Below, in pieces: positions 28,128 to 37,257 of a stretch of 64,000 bases of DNA. Numbering within the stretch: the stretch's first letter is position 1; the number at the start of each line of letters is the position of its first letter. A model generated the notes under the pieces. That model was not told the DNA's origin. It did no database searches and worked only from the letters and a program-made list of their open reading frames with translations. The stretch is from Burkholderiaceae bacterium (lineage in GTDB: Bacteria; Pseudomonadota; Gammaproteobacteria; Burkholderiales; Burkholderiaceae_F), in contig DATKFG010000077.1 in NCBI GenBank assembly GCA_035511515.1, forward strand, positions 1,834-65,833. The letters are read 5' to 3'. The position numbers and the translations under genes are program-made.

Positions 28128-28397
28128 GTGACCCCGCAAACCGTTGTGACGATCGGCCAGCAGGCGCTGACCGTGATGCTGCTGCTGGCCGCCCCTTTGC
28201 TGCTCACCTCGCTGGTGGTGGGCTTGATCGTCTCCGTGCTGCAGGCGGCCACACAGATCAACGAGATGACGCTGTCGTTCATTCCGAAGCTGATCGGCAC
28301 ATTGGTCGCGCTGATCGTGGCCGGGCCGTGGATGGTCACGTATTTCGTCGACTATGTACGGCGCCTGTTCGAGTCGATACCCGGCACCATTGGTTGA
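28128..28397 (+). CDS. fliQ: flagellar export apparatus protein FliQ
   Basis: 89 aa, GTG start. LQAATQINEMTLSFIPKL. Confidence 0.95.
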   Translation: MTPQTVVTIGQQALTVMLLLAAPLLLTSLVVGLIVSVLQAATQINEMTLSFIPKLIGTLVALIVAGPWMVTYFVDYVRRLFESIPGTIG

Positions 28398-28446
28398 CAC
28401 CCTCACCCCCGGCCCCTCTCCCACTGGCGTGGGAGAGGGGAGCGAA
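28398..28446. repeat. GC-rich palindromic REP-like element (copy A) in the fliQ-fliR spacer
   Basis: CACCCTCACCCCCGGCCCCTCTCCCAC-TGGC-GTGGGAGAGGGGAGCGAA. Perfect 12-bp stem at 28413-28424 / 28429-28440. Same family as the copies at 40.1k, 42.6k, 45.3k and 63.0k. Confidence 0.8.
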
Positions 28447-28463
28447 CCCGGCAGGCCGGTGCC

Positions 28464-29234
28464 TTGATCGCATTAACCACCGCGCAGCTCAGTCAGTGGT
28501 ACGGGTCGGTGTTCTGGCCGCTGACCCGGGTGCTGGCCCTGCTGGCAACCGCCCCGGTGCTGTCGCACCAGGCGATCCCGATTCGCGTCCGGGTCGGCAT
28601 CGCACTGGCCATCACGCTGGCGATCGCGCCGGTGGTGGGCGCGCCGCCGCTGGCCGGTGTGCTCGAAGCTCGCGGATTGGTGTCCCTGGCGCACAACATC
28701 CTGGTCGGGCTGGCACTGGGGTTCGCGGTGCGGCTCGTGTTCGTCGGCATCGAACTGGCCGGCCAGATGATCGGCCTGCAGATCGGGCTGTCGTTCGCCG
28801 GTTACTTCAGTCCCGACTCCGGTCAATCCGAGAACGTCGTGTCCAGCTTCATGGCGATGCTGACGCTGCTGATGTTCCTGGCCGTTGACGGCCACCTGAT
28901 CCTGCTGTCGGCGCTGGTGGAAAGCTTTCGCGTCTTTCCGGTCGAGGCCGCCGGTGGATCCCCGATCGATCCGCTAATGCTGGTTCGCGCGGCCGCGGAC
29001 GTGTTCGCGATCGCACTGACGATCTGCCTGCCGATCCTGGCGGTGATGCTGCTGGTCAACGTGGTGCTGGGCGTCATGGCCCGCATCGCACCGCAACTGA
29101 ACCTGTTCGCGGTCGGTTTCCCGTTGACGGTGCTGGCCGGCCTGGCGGCGCTCGCGCTGTTCCTGCCGACGCTGGAGGCGCCGATACGGGCCGTGCTCCT
29201 GAAGGGCCTGGCGGCATTGCCCGGGTCCGGCTGA
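28464..29234 (+). CDS. fliR: flagellar export apparatus protein FliR
   Basis: 256 aa polytopic membrane protein with a TTG start. Last gene of fliLMNOPQR. Confidence 0.9.
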   Translation: MIALTTAQLSQWYGSVFWPLTRVLALLATAPVLSHQAIPIRVRVGIALAITLAIAPVVGAPPLAGVLEARGLVSLAHNILVGLALGFAVRLVFVGIELAGQMIGLQIGLSFAGYFSPDSGQSENVVSSFMAMLTLLMFLAVDGHLILLSALVESFRVFPVEAAGGSPIDPLMLVRAAADVFAIALTICLPILAVMLLVNVVLGVMARIAPQLNLFAVGFPLTVLAGLAALALFLPTLEAPIRAVLLKGLAALPGSG

Positions 29235-29302
29235 CGCCCCGGCTACAATGGCCTGGCAGCGGGTGCAGCGGGCTCAAGCCTAAGCGTCGCGCCGGCCTCC
29301 TT

Positions 29303-30997
29303 ATGGATCCTACCGAGCGAACCGGCGCCCGCCTCCTGGTCGATCAATTGCTGATCCAGGGGGTCAACCAGGTTTTCTGCGTTCCGGGCGAAAGCTACCT
29401 GGCGGTGCTGGACGCGTTGCACGATGTCGCCTCCGCGGTGCGGCTGACCGTCAACCGCCACGAGTCGGGGTCTGTCTTCATGGCCGACGCCTACGCGAGG
29501 CTGACCGGCCAGCCCGGCGTCGCGTTCGTCACGCGCGGTCCGGGCGCCAGCAATGCCGCCATCGGCATCCACAACGCGCGCCAGGACTCCACGCCGCTGG
29601 TGCTTTTCATCGGACAGGTCGACACCGAGCACCTGGGCCGGGAGGCGTTTCAGGAGATCGACTATCGCCCGATGTTCGGCGAGGTCGCCAAGGCCGTCGA
29701 GCAGGTCGAGCGGGCCGACCGCATTCCTGAAGTGGTGGCGCGCGCGTTCCAGTGCGCCAGCAGCGGGCGCCCGGGGCCGGTCGTGGTCGCATTGCCCGAG
29801 GATGTGCTGGGGCACAGCGTCCGCGTCGCCGATGCGCTGTGCCACCAGCCGGTTCAGGCCGCCGCCACGGACACCCAGATCGCGACGCTGCGCGGCCTGC
29901 TCCGGCAGGCGCAGCGTCCGCTGCTGATGCTGGGTGGGCCCGGCTGGACCGTGGCGGCCCGGGACAACCTGCGCCGCTTCGTCGAAGCCAACGACCTGCC
30001 CGTGGTGTGCGGCTTCCGATTCCAGGACCGCTTCGACAACGAGCATGCGAACTACATCGGCGACGCCGGAATCGGGATCAATCCGAGACTGGCCCACCGC
30101 ATCCGGTCGGCCGACCTGGTGATTGCGATCGGCCTGCGCCTGGGCGAAATGACCACCGGCGGCTACACGCTGCTGCGGGCGCCGGTCCCCGAACAGGCGC
30201 TGGTGCACGTGCACCCCGGCCTGGAAGAGCTGGGCCGGGTGTACCAGGCGCAGCTGATGATCAGTTCGGGCATGCCGCAGTTCGCTGCGCGGCTGGCGGC
30301 CATGACGCCGATCGAATCGTCCGGCTGGGGCGAGCAGACCCGGGCCGGCCGCGCCGAGTACGAGCAGTGGCAGCAGCGGCCGGCGCTGTATCAGCAGCAC
30401 GAGCCGGCGCTGGACCTGTGGCAGGTGATGCGCCAGCTGCGCCAGGCGATGCCGCGCGATGCGATCGTCGCCAACGGGGCGGGCAACTTCTCGATCTGGC
30501 TGCACCGGTTCTTCCGATACGGGGCGCCGGCCACCCAGATCGCGCCGACTTCCGGCTGCATGGGCTATGGCGTGCCGGCGGCGATCGGCGCCAAGATCGC
30601 CGCGCCCGAGCGCACCGTCGTGTGCGTCACGGGCGACGGCGACCTGATGATGAGCGTGCAGGAGCTGGCCACCGCCGCCCAGTATCACGCCGGTGTGATC
30701 TTCCTGGTGCTGAACAACGCGATGTACGGCACGATCCGCCTGCACCAGGAGCGCCGCTTCCCCGGCCGCGTCAGCGGCACCTCTCTGGTCAATCCGGACT
30801 TCACCCAGCTGGCCCGATCGTTCGGGGCGATGGGCGTGCGCGTGACCGACACCGCGGCGTTCGCGCCAGCCCTGAACGAGGCGGTGGTCTACTGCCGCGA
30901 GCGCCGCCTGCCGGCGCTGATCGAGCTGGCGTGCGATCCGGATCTGCTGACGCCGGAGGCGACGGTCGCGTCGCTGCGTGAAGCCGGCAGCCGGTAA
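29303..30997 (+). CDS. thiamine-pyrophosphate-dependent enzyme (acetolactate-synthase-like family)
   Basis: 564 aa. N-terminal GARLLVDQLLIQGVNQVFCVPGESYL. C-terminal TPP motif GDGDLMMSVQELATA...NN. Confidence 0.85.
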   Translation: MDPTERTGARLLVDQLLIQGVNQVFCVPGESYLAVLDALHDVASAVRLTVNRHESGSVFMADAYARLTGQPGVAFVTRGPGASNAAIGIHNARQDSTPLVLFIGQVDTEHLGREAFQEIDYRPMFGEVAKAVEQVERADRIPEVVARAFQCASSGRPGPVVVALPEDVLGHSVRVADALCHQPVQAAATDTQIATLRGLLRQAQRPLLMLGGPGWTVAARDNLRRFVEANDLPVVCGFRFQDRFDNEHANYIGDAGIGINPRLAHRIRSADLVIAIGLRLGEMTTGGYTLLRAPVPEQALVHVHPGLEELGRVYQAQLMISSGMPQFAARLAAMTPIESSGWGEQTRAGRAEYEQWQQRPALYQQHEPALDLWQVMRQLRQAMPRDAIVANGAGNFSIWLHRFFRYGAPATQIAPTSGCMGYGVPAAIGAKIAAPERTVVCVTGDGDLMMSVQELATAAQYHAGVIFLVLNNAMYGTIRLHQERRFPGRVSGTSLVNPDFTQLARSFGAMGVRVTDTAAFAPALNEAVVYCRERRLPALIELACDPDLLTPEATVASLREAGSR

Positions 30998-31007
30998 CCG
31001 GCCCCGG

Positions 31008-31940
31008 TCACGGATCGGGGCCCGCCACCAGGTCACGCACGACGGCTTCGGCATCCAGCGCATCTTCGAAACCGAGCGTCAAGGCGGTCTGAATCGCGAC
31101 CCGGCCTGGCCCCTGAGCCAGCGCTTCGGACAGCACCGGATCGGGTTCGACCTTCAGGGAAGTGGTTGCGCGTCCGGTCAGCCGGACCAGCGCCTGCAGC
31201 AGCGCATCCACGTTCAGCGCGCGCGCCGGCGCATTGACCACGCCGGCCAGCGCCCACGCTGACGCCGGCAGCTCGTGCGCATGCAATAGGGCCCGCGCGG
31301 CCGCCGGCGCCGACGTCAGCCACATCGGCGCCTCGCACGGGATCGGGCAGGTCGCCGGGCGGCCTTCATACAACGCCCGCATCAGCTCGCCCAGGAAGGC
31401 GGCGCAGCCGGGGGCGGCCGCAATCAGCGCAAGCCTCAGGCTGCGGCCGTCGACCTGGCCGCGCCGCGCGGCTTCCTCCAGCAGCAGCTCACCGATCAGC
31501 GCGGTGAGCCCTTCCCGGCTCGCCGGCAGCGCCGAATGCAACCCGGCGCGCGCGCCATCGGCCGCGAACCTGCTGGCCAGCACGACTTTCGGCCGCGAGG
31601 ACTGCAGCTGGCAGACGGCAAACAGGTCGCGCAGGCTGTCGGCCAGGCCGAACGAGGGTGTGGGCTGGTCCGCGCCGGCGCTGCTGTCCCACACGTGGAA
31701 CACCGAGTCGGTCACCGTGCCCATCACCGCCTGCAACAGGCGCGGGCCGCCCAGGTCGGCACGCACATATTCGACGCGCGCCTCCACGAACAGGCGGGGA
31801 GGCTGAGCCCGATCGACCGAGATCACGCGGCGAACCGGCGCCGGCCCCGCGTCGCCGCGCGTCAACACGCCGCGCGCGGCAATCGCCTTCAGCAGCGCCT
31901 GCCCGAGCACGCCGGCTCCACCGATCACGACGATCTGCAT
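31008..31940 (-). CDS. NAD(P)-binding Rossmann-fold protein, atypical extended SDR/epimerase family
   Basis: 310 aa. MQIVVIGGAGVLGQAL glycine-rich loop. No Y-x3-K catalytic pair is visible. Confidence 0.7.
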   Translation of the reverse strand: MQIVVIGGAGVLGQALLKAIAARGVLTRGDAGPAPVRRVISVDRAQPPRLFVEARVEYVRADLGGPRLLQAVMGTVTDSVFHVWDSSAGADQPTPSFGLADSLRDLFAVCQLQSSRPKVVLASRFAADGARAGLHSALPASREGLTALIGELLLEEAARRGQVDGRSLRLALIAAAPGCAAFLGELMRALYEGRPATCPIPCEAPMWLTSAPAAARALLHAHELPASAWALAGVVNAPARALNVDALLQALVRLTGRATTSLKVEPDPVLSEALAQGPGRVAIQTALTLGFEDALDAEAVVRDLVAGPDP

Positions 31941-31944
31941 GCGG

Positions 31945-32934
31945 TCACGTAGAAAGATTCTGTGGCAGAGGCGAGGCTGCCAGCAGCGGCGCCGCCGCCA
32001 GACCGAGCAGAACTGCGCTCACCCCGTAGAGAGCGCCCGCCGTGACCGCCGTTTGCGGATCGACCCCGACCAGCGGAAACGCGAGCAAAGCCATCAGCTC
32101 CCGGGCGCCGAAGCCGCCGTAGGACAGCGGCACCACGCCCGCGATGAACACCGGAGCCGCGATCGCCTGCACCGCCAGGTAGCCGGCTGCGCCTCCGGCC
32201 GCAATCTGACACAGCCACAGTGCGAGCGCGCTCAGCACCTGCACCAGCAGGGAGATCCACAGCGAGCGCGCCAGCGGCCGCCCGCGCGCCACGGTCAGCT
32301 CGTGCAGCTCGGCCAGTCGCGCCAGCAGGCGCGATGAGCCGCCCCGCGCGCGGGCGCTCGCCATCGGCACCCGCAGCGGCACGAAGGGCAGCGCCACCGC
32401 GGCCGACAGCGCGCCCAGGTAGGCCCACGCGATCGACCGCACGTCCAGCCGGGCGGCGCTACCCGGAAGGTGCAGCGCATCCAGGTGACCGCTGAAGACC
32501 AGGCCGAGCCCGGTGCACAGCGACAGCAGGCACAGGATCCACAGGCCGCTGGCGCGGTCGAGCAGCACCGACAGCGCCGACTCGCCCAGCGGATTGCCGA
32601 GGCGCTGCAGGCGCACGCTGCGCAAGGTATCGCCGCCCAGAGTCGCTCCCGGCAGCACCACGTTGATCGCCATCGCCTGCGCGTAGGCAAGCCGCAGGTC
32701 GCGCGCCGGCGCCTTCAGACCCAGGATGCCGGCGATCGAGATCCAGCGTGCTGCCGAAATCCACTGCGCAGCGGCCACCGCGAGCACGGCGAGCGCGAAC
32801 CAGACCGGGTCGACGCGGCGCACCTGCTCCAGCAGCGCACGCAAGCCGACCAGCCAGGCCGCCAGCGCGAGCAGCGCCAGCGCCACCAGCAGGCGCAAGG
32901 ACAGCATCGCGAGCCGCCGGCCCGGCCAGCTCAC
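31945..32934 (-). CDS. UPF0104 / LPG-synthase-TM (flippase-like) family membrane protein
   Basis: 329 aa polytopic membrane protein with a GTG start in a GTGA overlap with the GT2 stop. RLAYAQAMAINVVLPGATLGGDTLRSVRL. Confidence 0.75.
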   Translation of the reverse strand: MSWPGRRLAMLSLRLLVALALLALAAWLVGLRALLEQVRRVDPVWFALAVLAVAAAQWISAARWISIAGILGLKAPARDLRLAYAQAMAINVVLPGATLGGDTLRSVRLQRLGNPLGESALSVLLDRASGLWILCLLSLCTGLGLVFSGHLDALHLPGSAARLDVRSIAWAYLGALSAAVALPFVPLRVPMASARARGGSSRLLARLAELHELTVARGRPLARSLWISLLVQVLSALALWLCQIAAGGAAGYLAVQAIAAPVFIAGVVPLSYGGFGARELMALLAFPLVGVDPQTAVTAGALYGVSAVLLGLAAAPLLAASPLPQNLST

Positions 32935-34019
32935 CCGGGGTCCCTCAGAGCATCCTTCTTTACGTTCACAGGGGCCGTGCCCGTGTCCAGGCCCCTGAGC
33001 ACGTACTGCCGCCTTCCTTCAGGCTCGTGATACACGCGGGTGAGCAGCTCGCCCAGCACGCCGGTCGCGAGCAGCTGCACGCCGATCAGCGTCAGCAGCG
33101 CGCCCAGAAGCAGCAGCGGGCGGCCGCCGATCGGGTGGCCGAGCACGAGCTTGTCCACCGCCAGGTACAGCAGCAGAACCGAACCGATCGCGATCAACAC
33201 GCTGCCGACCGCGCCGAAGGCGTGCAGCGGCCGGTGCAGGAAGCGCATCATGAACTTGACCCACAGCAGGTCGAGCAGCACGCGAAATACGCGGTCGATG
33301 CCGTACTTCGAGCTGCCGCGCGTGCGGGGATGGTGGCGCACCGGCACCTCGACCAGGCGCGCGCCGGCTTCCACGGCCAGCGCCGGGATGAATCGATGCA
33401 TCTCGCCGTACAGCCTCACGTTCGCCAGAATCGGTCGCCGATACACCTTCAGCGCGCAGCCATAGTCGTGCAGGCGCACCCCGGTCACCGCCGAGATCAG
33501 CCGGTTCGCAATCCACGAGGGCAGCTTGCGAGACCAGGTCGCGTCCTGCCGCTGCTTGCGCCATCCGGATACGGCGTCGATCGAGCGGTCGGCCTCCAGC
33601 AGGTCGAGCAGGCGGGGAATCTCGGCCGGCTCGTTCTGCAGGTCGCCGTCCAGCGTCACCACCAGCTCGCCGCTGGCGTGGTCGAAGCCGGCCTGCAGCG
33701 CGGTCGACTGGCCGTAGTTGCGGATCAGCGCCAGCGGCTTGAGCCAGTCGCGGCCACGCGCGAGCTCGGCCAGCAGCGGCTGCGAGCCGTCGGTCGAGCC
33801 ATCGTCGACCAGTACCAGCTCGAAAGGACGCCCGGTCGGAGCCATCGCCGCGTCGATCCGGGCGACCAGTTCGCTCAAGTTGTCGCGTTCGTTGAAAACG
33901 GGCACGACGATCGACACCGACGCTGCGGGAGCCGCCCGTCCGGGGCCGCGCCGCTGCTCGTCGGCGCGGCCGCCGGCCGGCGCGCGGCCGTCGTGATCGA
34001 TGCTGGCGATGGATGCCAT
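32931..34019 (-). CDS. GT2 polyprenyl-phosphate glycosyltransferase (ArnC/GtrB/DPM1-like)
   Basis: ATG 34019 (MASIASIDHD). VSIVVPVFNERDNL...LVDDGSTDGS...VTLDGDLQNEP. Two C-terminal TM helices. Confidence 0.9.
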   Translation of the reverse strand: MASIASIDHDGRAPAGGRADEQRRGPGRAAPAASVSIVVPVFNERDNLSELVARIDAAMAPTGRPFELVLVDDGSTDGSQPLLAELARGRDWLKPLALIRNYGQSTALQAGFDHASGELVVTLDGDLQNEPAEIPRLLDLLEADRSIDAVSGWRKQRQDATWSRKLPSWIANRLISAVTGVRLHDYGCALKVYRRPILANVRLYGEMHRFIPALAVEAGARLVEVPVRHHPRTRGSSKYGIDRVFRVLLDLLWVKFMMRFLHRPLHAFGAVGSVLIAIGSVLLLYLAVDKLVLGHPIGGRPLLLLGALLTLIGVQLLATGVLGELLTRVYHEPEGRRQYVLRGLDTGTAPVNVKKDALRDPG

Positions 34020-34177
34020 CTGGTCGCGCTTCAGCGAGAGTTTGACGTCAGAGCACAAGTCATCCGGCGGTAATGATAGGCGCGGCCCGGCACGATCGTT
34101 AAGCACTGTCTGCGTACAATCACCGGGCCTCATCTTCCTCCCGTCGCGGCGCAGCGCAGCCGTTCAAAGGCCGTCGA

Positions 34178-35512
34178 ATGAAGATCACCGTGATCGGAAC
34201 CGGCTATGTAGGACTCGTCACCGGAGTCTGCTTCGCCGATGTCGGCAACGACGTGCTGTGCATCGACATCGACGAGTCCAAGATCCAGCGCCTGCTGCGT
34301 GGCGAGATGCCGATCCACGAACCCGGGCTGGACGATGTTGCAGCCCGCAATGTGCGCGCGGGACGCCTTAATTTTTCGTCGGACTACGGGCGCGCGATCG
34401 CCCATTCGGACGTCTTCTTCATCGCGGTCGGAACCCCCACCGACGAGGACGGCTCGGCCGATGTGCGCCATGTCGAGGCCGCAGCCCGCGAGCTCGGCAG
34501 CCGCCTGCATCGCCAGGCGCTGCTGGTGGTCAAGTCCACGGTGCCGGTCGGCACGGCCGAGCGCGTGCGCCGGGCGGTCGAGGAGGAACTGGCCGCGCGC
34601 GCTGTCAAGGTGCCGATTTCGGTCGCATCGAATCCCGAATTTCTGAAGGAAGGCGCCGCGATGCAGGACTTCATGCATCCGGATCGTATCGTCATCGGGG
34701 CCGAGGAGCGGTACGCGATCGATCTGCTGACCGAGCTGTACGCGCCGTTCAATCGCAACCGCGAACGGCTGGTCGTGCTGGACACGCGTTCCTCGGAGCT
34801 GGCCAAGTACGCGGCCAATGCGATGCTCGCGACCCGGATTTCGTTCATGAACGAGCTGGCGCGCCTTTCCGAGAAGCTGGGCGCCGATATCGAGCGCGTG
34901 CGCCACGCGATCGGAGCCGATCCGCGCATCGGACCGAGCTTCCTGTACGCGGGCGCCGGTTATGGCGGCTCGTGCTTTCCGAAGGACGTGCGCGCGCTGC
35001 TGGCGATGGCGCGCGAAAACCTGCTGCCCGCGCGCGTGCTGTCGGCGGTACACGACGTGAACGAGGAGCAGAAGCACCTGGTCGCCAGCCGGCTGCGCGA
35101 AGCGCTCGGCAGCGATCTGCACGGCAAGGTGGTCGCCGTCTGGGGCCTGGCGTTCAAGCCGAACACCGACGATGTGCGCGAGGCACCCAGCCTGGTGCTG
35201 ATCCGCGACGTGATCGATTCCGGGGCGCGCGTGCGCGCCTACGACCCGCAGGCCCGGCACACCGCGGCCAGGTTTCTGAGCGAGCTGAAGCGGCGCATCG
35301 AATTCTGCGATTCGGCCCACCAGGCCTGCGAAGGCGCCGATGCGCTGGTGGTGGTCACCGAGTGGCTGGAATTCCGCAGCCCCGACTTCGCGTGGCTGGC
35401 TCGCACGCTGCGCGCGGGCGTGCTGATCGACGGCCGCAACCTGTACGAGCCGCGTCTGGCCCGGGCCGCCGGACTGCGGTACTACGGGATCGGCCGGGGG
35501 CCGGCCCGCTGA
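34178..35512 (+). CDS. ugd: UDP-glucose 6-dehydrogenase
   Basis: 444 aa. MKITVIGTGYVGLVTGVCFADVGNDVLCIDID. GGSCFPKD catalytic Cys motif. Confidence 0.95.
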   Translation: MKITVIGTGYVGLVTGVCFADVGNDVLCIDIDESKIQRLLRGEMPIHEPGLDDVAARNVRAGRLNFSSDYGRAIAHSDVFFIAVGTPTDEDGSADVRHVEAAARELGSRLHRQALLVVKSTVPVGTAERVRRAVEEELAARAVKVPISVASNPEFLKEGAAMQDFMHPDRIVIGAEERYAIDLLTELYAPFNRNRERLVVLDTRSSELAKYAANAMLATRISFMNELARLSEKLGADIERVRHAIGADPRIGPSFLYAGAGYGGSCFPKDVRALLAMARENLLPARVLSAVHDVNEEQKHLVASRLREALGSDLHGKVVAVWGLAFKPNTDDVREAPSLVLIRDVIDSGARVRAYDPQARHTAARFLSELKRRIEFCDSAHQACEGADALVVVTEWLEFRSPDFAWLARTLRAGVLIDGRNLYEPRLARAAGLRYYGIGRGPAR

Positions 35513-35537
35513 ACGGCGCAAGGCCTCGTCCGATCCC

Positions 35538-36509
35538 ATGATATTGGTCACCGGCAGCGCCGGCTTCATCGGACAAGCCGTGTGCGCCGCGCTGCTGGCG
35601 CGCGGCGAGCACGTGGTGGGTCTGGACAATTTCAACGACTACTACGAGCCGAGGCTGAAACGCGACCGCGTCGCACGCCTTGCTTCGGAGGCGCACTTTG
35701 CGCAGGTCGAGGCCGAGCTGGCGGACCGCGCCGCGCTGGACGCGCTGTTCGCGCGCTTGCGGCCGCGTCGCATCGTTCACCTGGCGGCACAGGCGGGCGT
35801 GCGCCATTCGTTCGATCATCCGGAGGCCTATGTCCGCAGCAACCTGGTCGGCTTCGTCAACCTGCTGGAAGCGGCCCGCCACGACGGTTCAATCGAGCAT
35901 CTCGTCTATGCGTCCTCTTCGAGCGTATATGGCGGCAATCTGAAACAGCCGTTCTCGGTGGACGATGCCGTCGATCAGCCGATCAGCCTGTACGCGGCGA
36001 CCAAGCGGGCCAACGAGCTGATGGCGCGCGTGTACGCGCTGCAGTTCGGACTGAGGCTGACCGGTTTGCGCTATTTCACCGTGTACGGTCCGTGGGGCAG
36101 GCCGGACATGGCTCCGGTAAAGTTTGCGCGCGCGCTGCTGGCTGACCGTCCGATCGAGGTGTACGGCCATGGCGACATGCGGCGCGACTTCACCTATATC
36201 GACGACGCCGTGGCCGGCACGCTGGCCGCGCTGGACGACACCCGGCACTTCGGCGCAGTGCCGCACCGCCTGTACAACCTGGGCAACAGCCACCCCGAGC
36301 CGCTGATGCGTTTCATCCAGGAGCTGGCGCGGGCGGCCGGGCGCAGCCCGGTTCTGCAGATGCGGCCGATGCAACCGGGCGACGTGCGCTCCACTTCGGC
36401 CGACATCGAGGCCACCACGCGCGACCTGAACTGGCGCCCGACGACCCCGATCGAGGCCGGGCTGCCGCCGATGCTCGAGTGGTGTCGCAGCTACTACGGC
36501 GGCGGATAG
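35538..36509 (+). CDS. NAD-dependent epimerase, UDP-glucuronate 4-epimerase-like
   Basis: 323 aa. VTGSAGFIGQA, DNFNDYY, YAATKRANE, FTVYGPWGRPDMA. Confidence 0.85.
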   Translation: MILVTGSAGFIGQAVCAALLARGEHVVGLDNFNDYYEPRLKRDRVARLASEAHFAQVEAELADRAALDALFARLRPRRIVHLAAQAGVRHSFDHPEAYVRSNLVGFVNLLEAARHDGSIEHLVYASSSSVYGGNLKQPFSVDDAVDQPISLYAATKRANELMARVYALQFGLRLTGLRYFTVYGPWGRPDMAPVKFARALLADRPIEVYGHGDMRRDFTYIDDAVAGTLAALDDTRHFGAVPHRLYNLGNSHPEPLMRFIQELARAAGRSPVLQMRPMQPGDVRSTSADIEATTRDLNWRPTTPIEAGLPPMLEWCRSYYGGG

Positions 36510-36574
36510 TCAGGATTGCGCGCTGGGCGCGCTCCCGGGTCGAAGTCTGCAGCCCGGCACAGCGCGTGAATCCG

Positions 36575-37195
36575 TCAAGTGCCATGCCCCGCGTCCGGCG
36601 TCTGCTCCGCCGGCCAGGGGTGCTCGGACTTGCCGTTGAAGATGGAGTCCTTCTCGGCGGGCGCAAGGGTCCAGTCGCCCCGTGCGATCTCGGCCTGGAG
36701 CTGGCCGGGCGCCCAGCCCGAATGGCCGACGAAGATGCGCAGACCGTCCATGGGTTTATCCCGGCTGAGCAGCTCGCGCAGCAATTCCAGGCTCCCGCTG
36801 ACGTAGACGCCCTCAAAGGCCTGGATCGCATGTTCGCGCGGCGTATCGGTGCGAAAAAGAAACCACACGGTCTCGATTTCGACCGGGCCGCCGAAGTACA
36901 CCTTGTCGTGCAGTTGCGCGAGGCGTTCCAGATCGGGGAAAAGATGCGAGACGGCAACCTTCGTGGGCCTGTTGATGATGACGCCGGCGGGGGCAGGACC
37001 GATGTTGTTCATCACCAGCACCACCGAGTCCTTGAAATGGGGATCGGGCAGCTCGGCGCGAGCAACGAGGAGGATTGCGGTTAAAGGCTTCGCGTCGTCG
37101 GCGGAGGTCGGCCACGACGTCCCGAACAGGAGCAGGAACGCGCACAGGGCTCGGGTCGCGTCCCGCAGGAGATGAAGGCACAAACCGCTTCTCAC
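36575..37195 (-). CDS. YqgE/AlgH (UPF0301) family protein with a predicted N-terminal signal peptide
   Basis: 206 aa. PDPHFKDSVVLVMNNIGPAPAGVIINRP...FVGHSGWAPGQLQAEIARGDW. Hydrophobic N-terminus LCAFLLLFGTSWPTSADD. Confidence 0.8.
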   Translation of the reverse strand: MRSGLCLHLLRDATRALCAFLLLFGTSWPTSADDAKPLTAILLVARAELPDPHFKDSVVLVMNNIGPAPAGVIINRPTKVAVSHLFPDLERLAQLHDKVYFGGPVEIETVWFLFRTDTPREHAIQAFEGVYVSGSLELLRELLSRDKPMDGLRIFVGHSGWAPGQLQAEIARGDWTLAPAEKDSIFNGKSEHPWPAEQTPDAGHGT

Positions 37196-37257
37196 TGGCC
37201 GACACCCGCCTCCGTGTCAGTTAGCGCAGTGTATCCGACCGCTTGCGGGCGAGCTCC

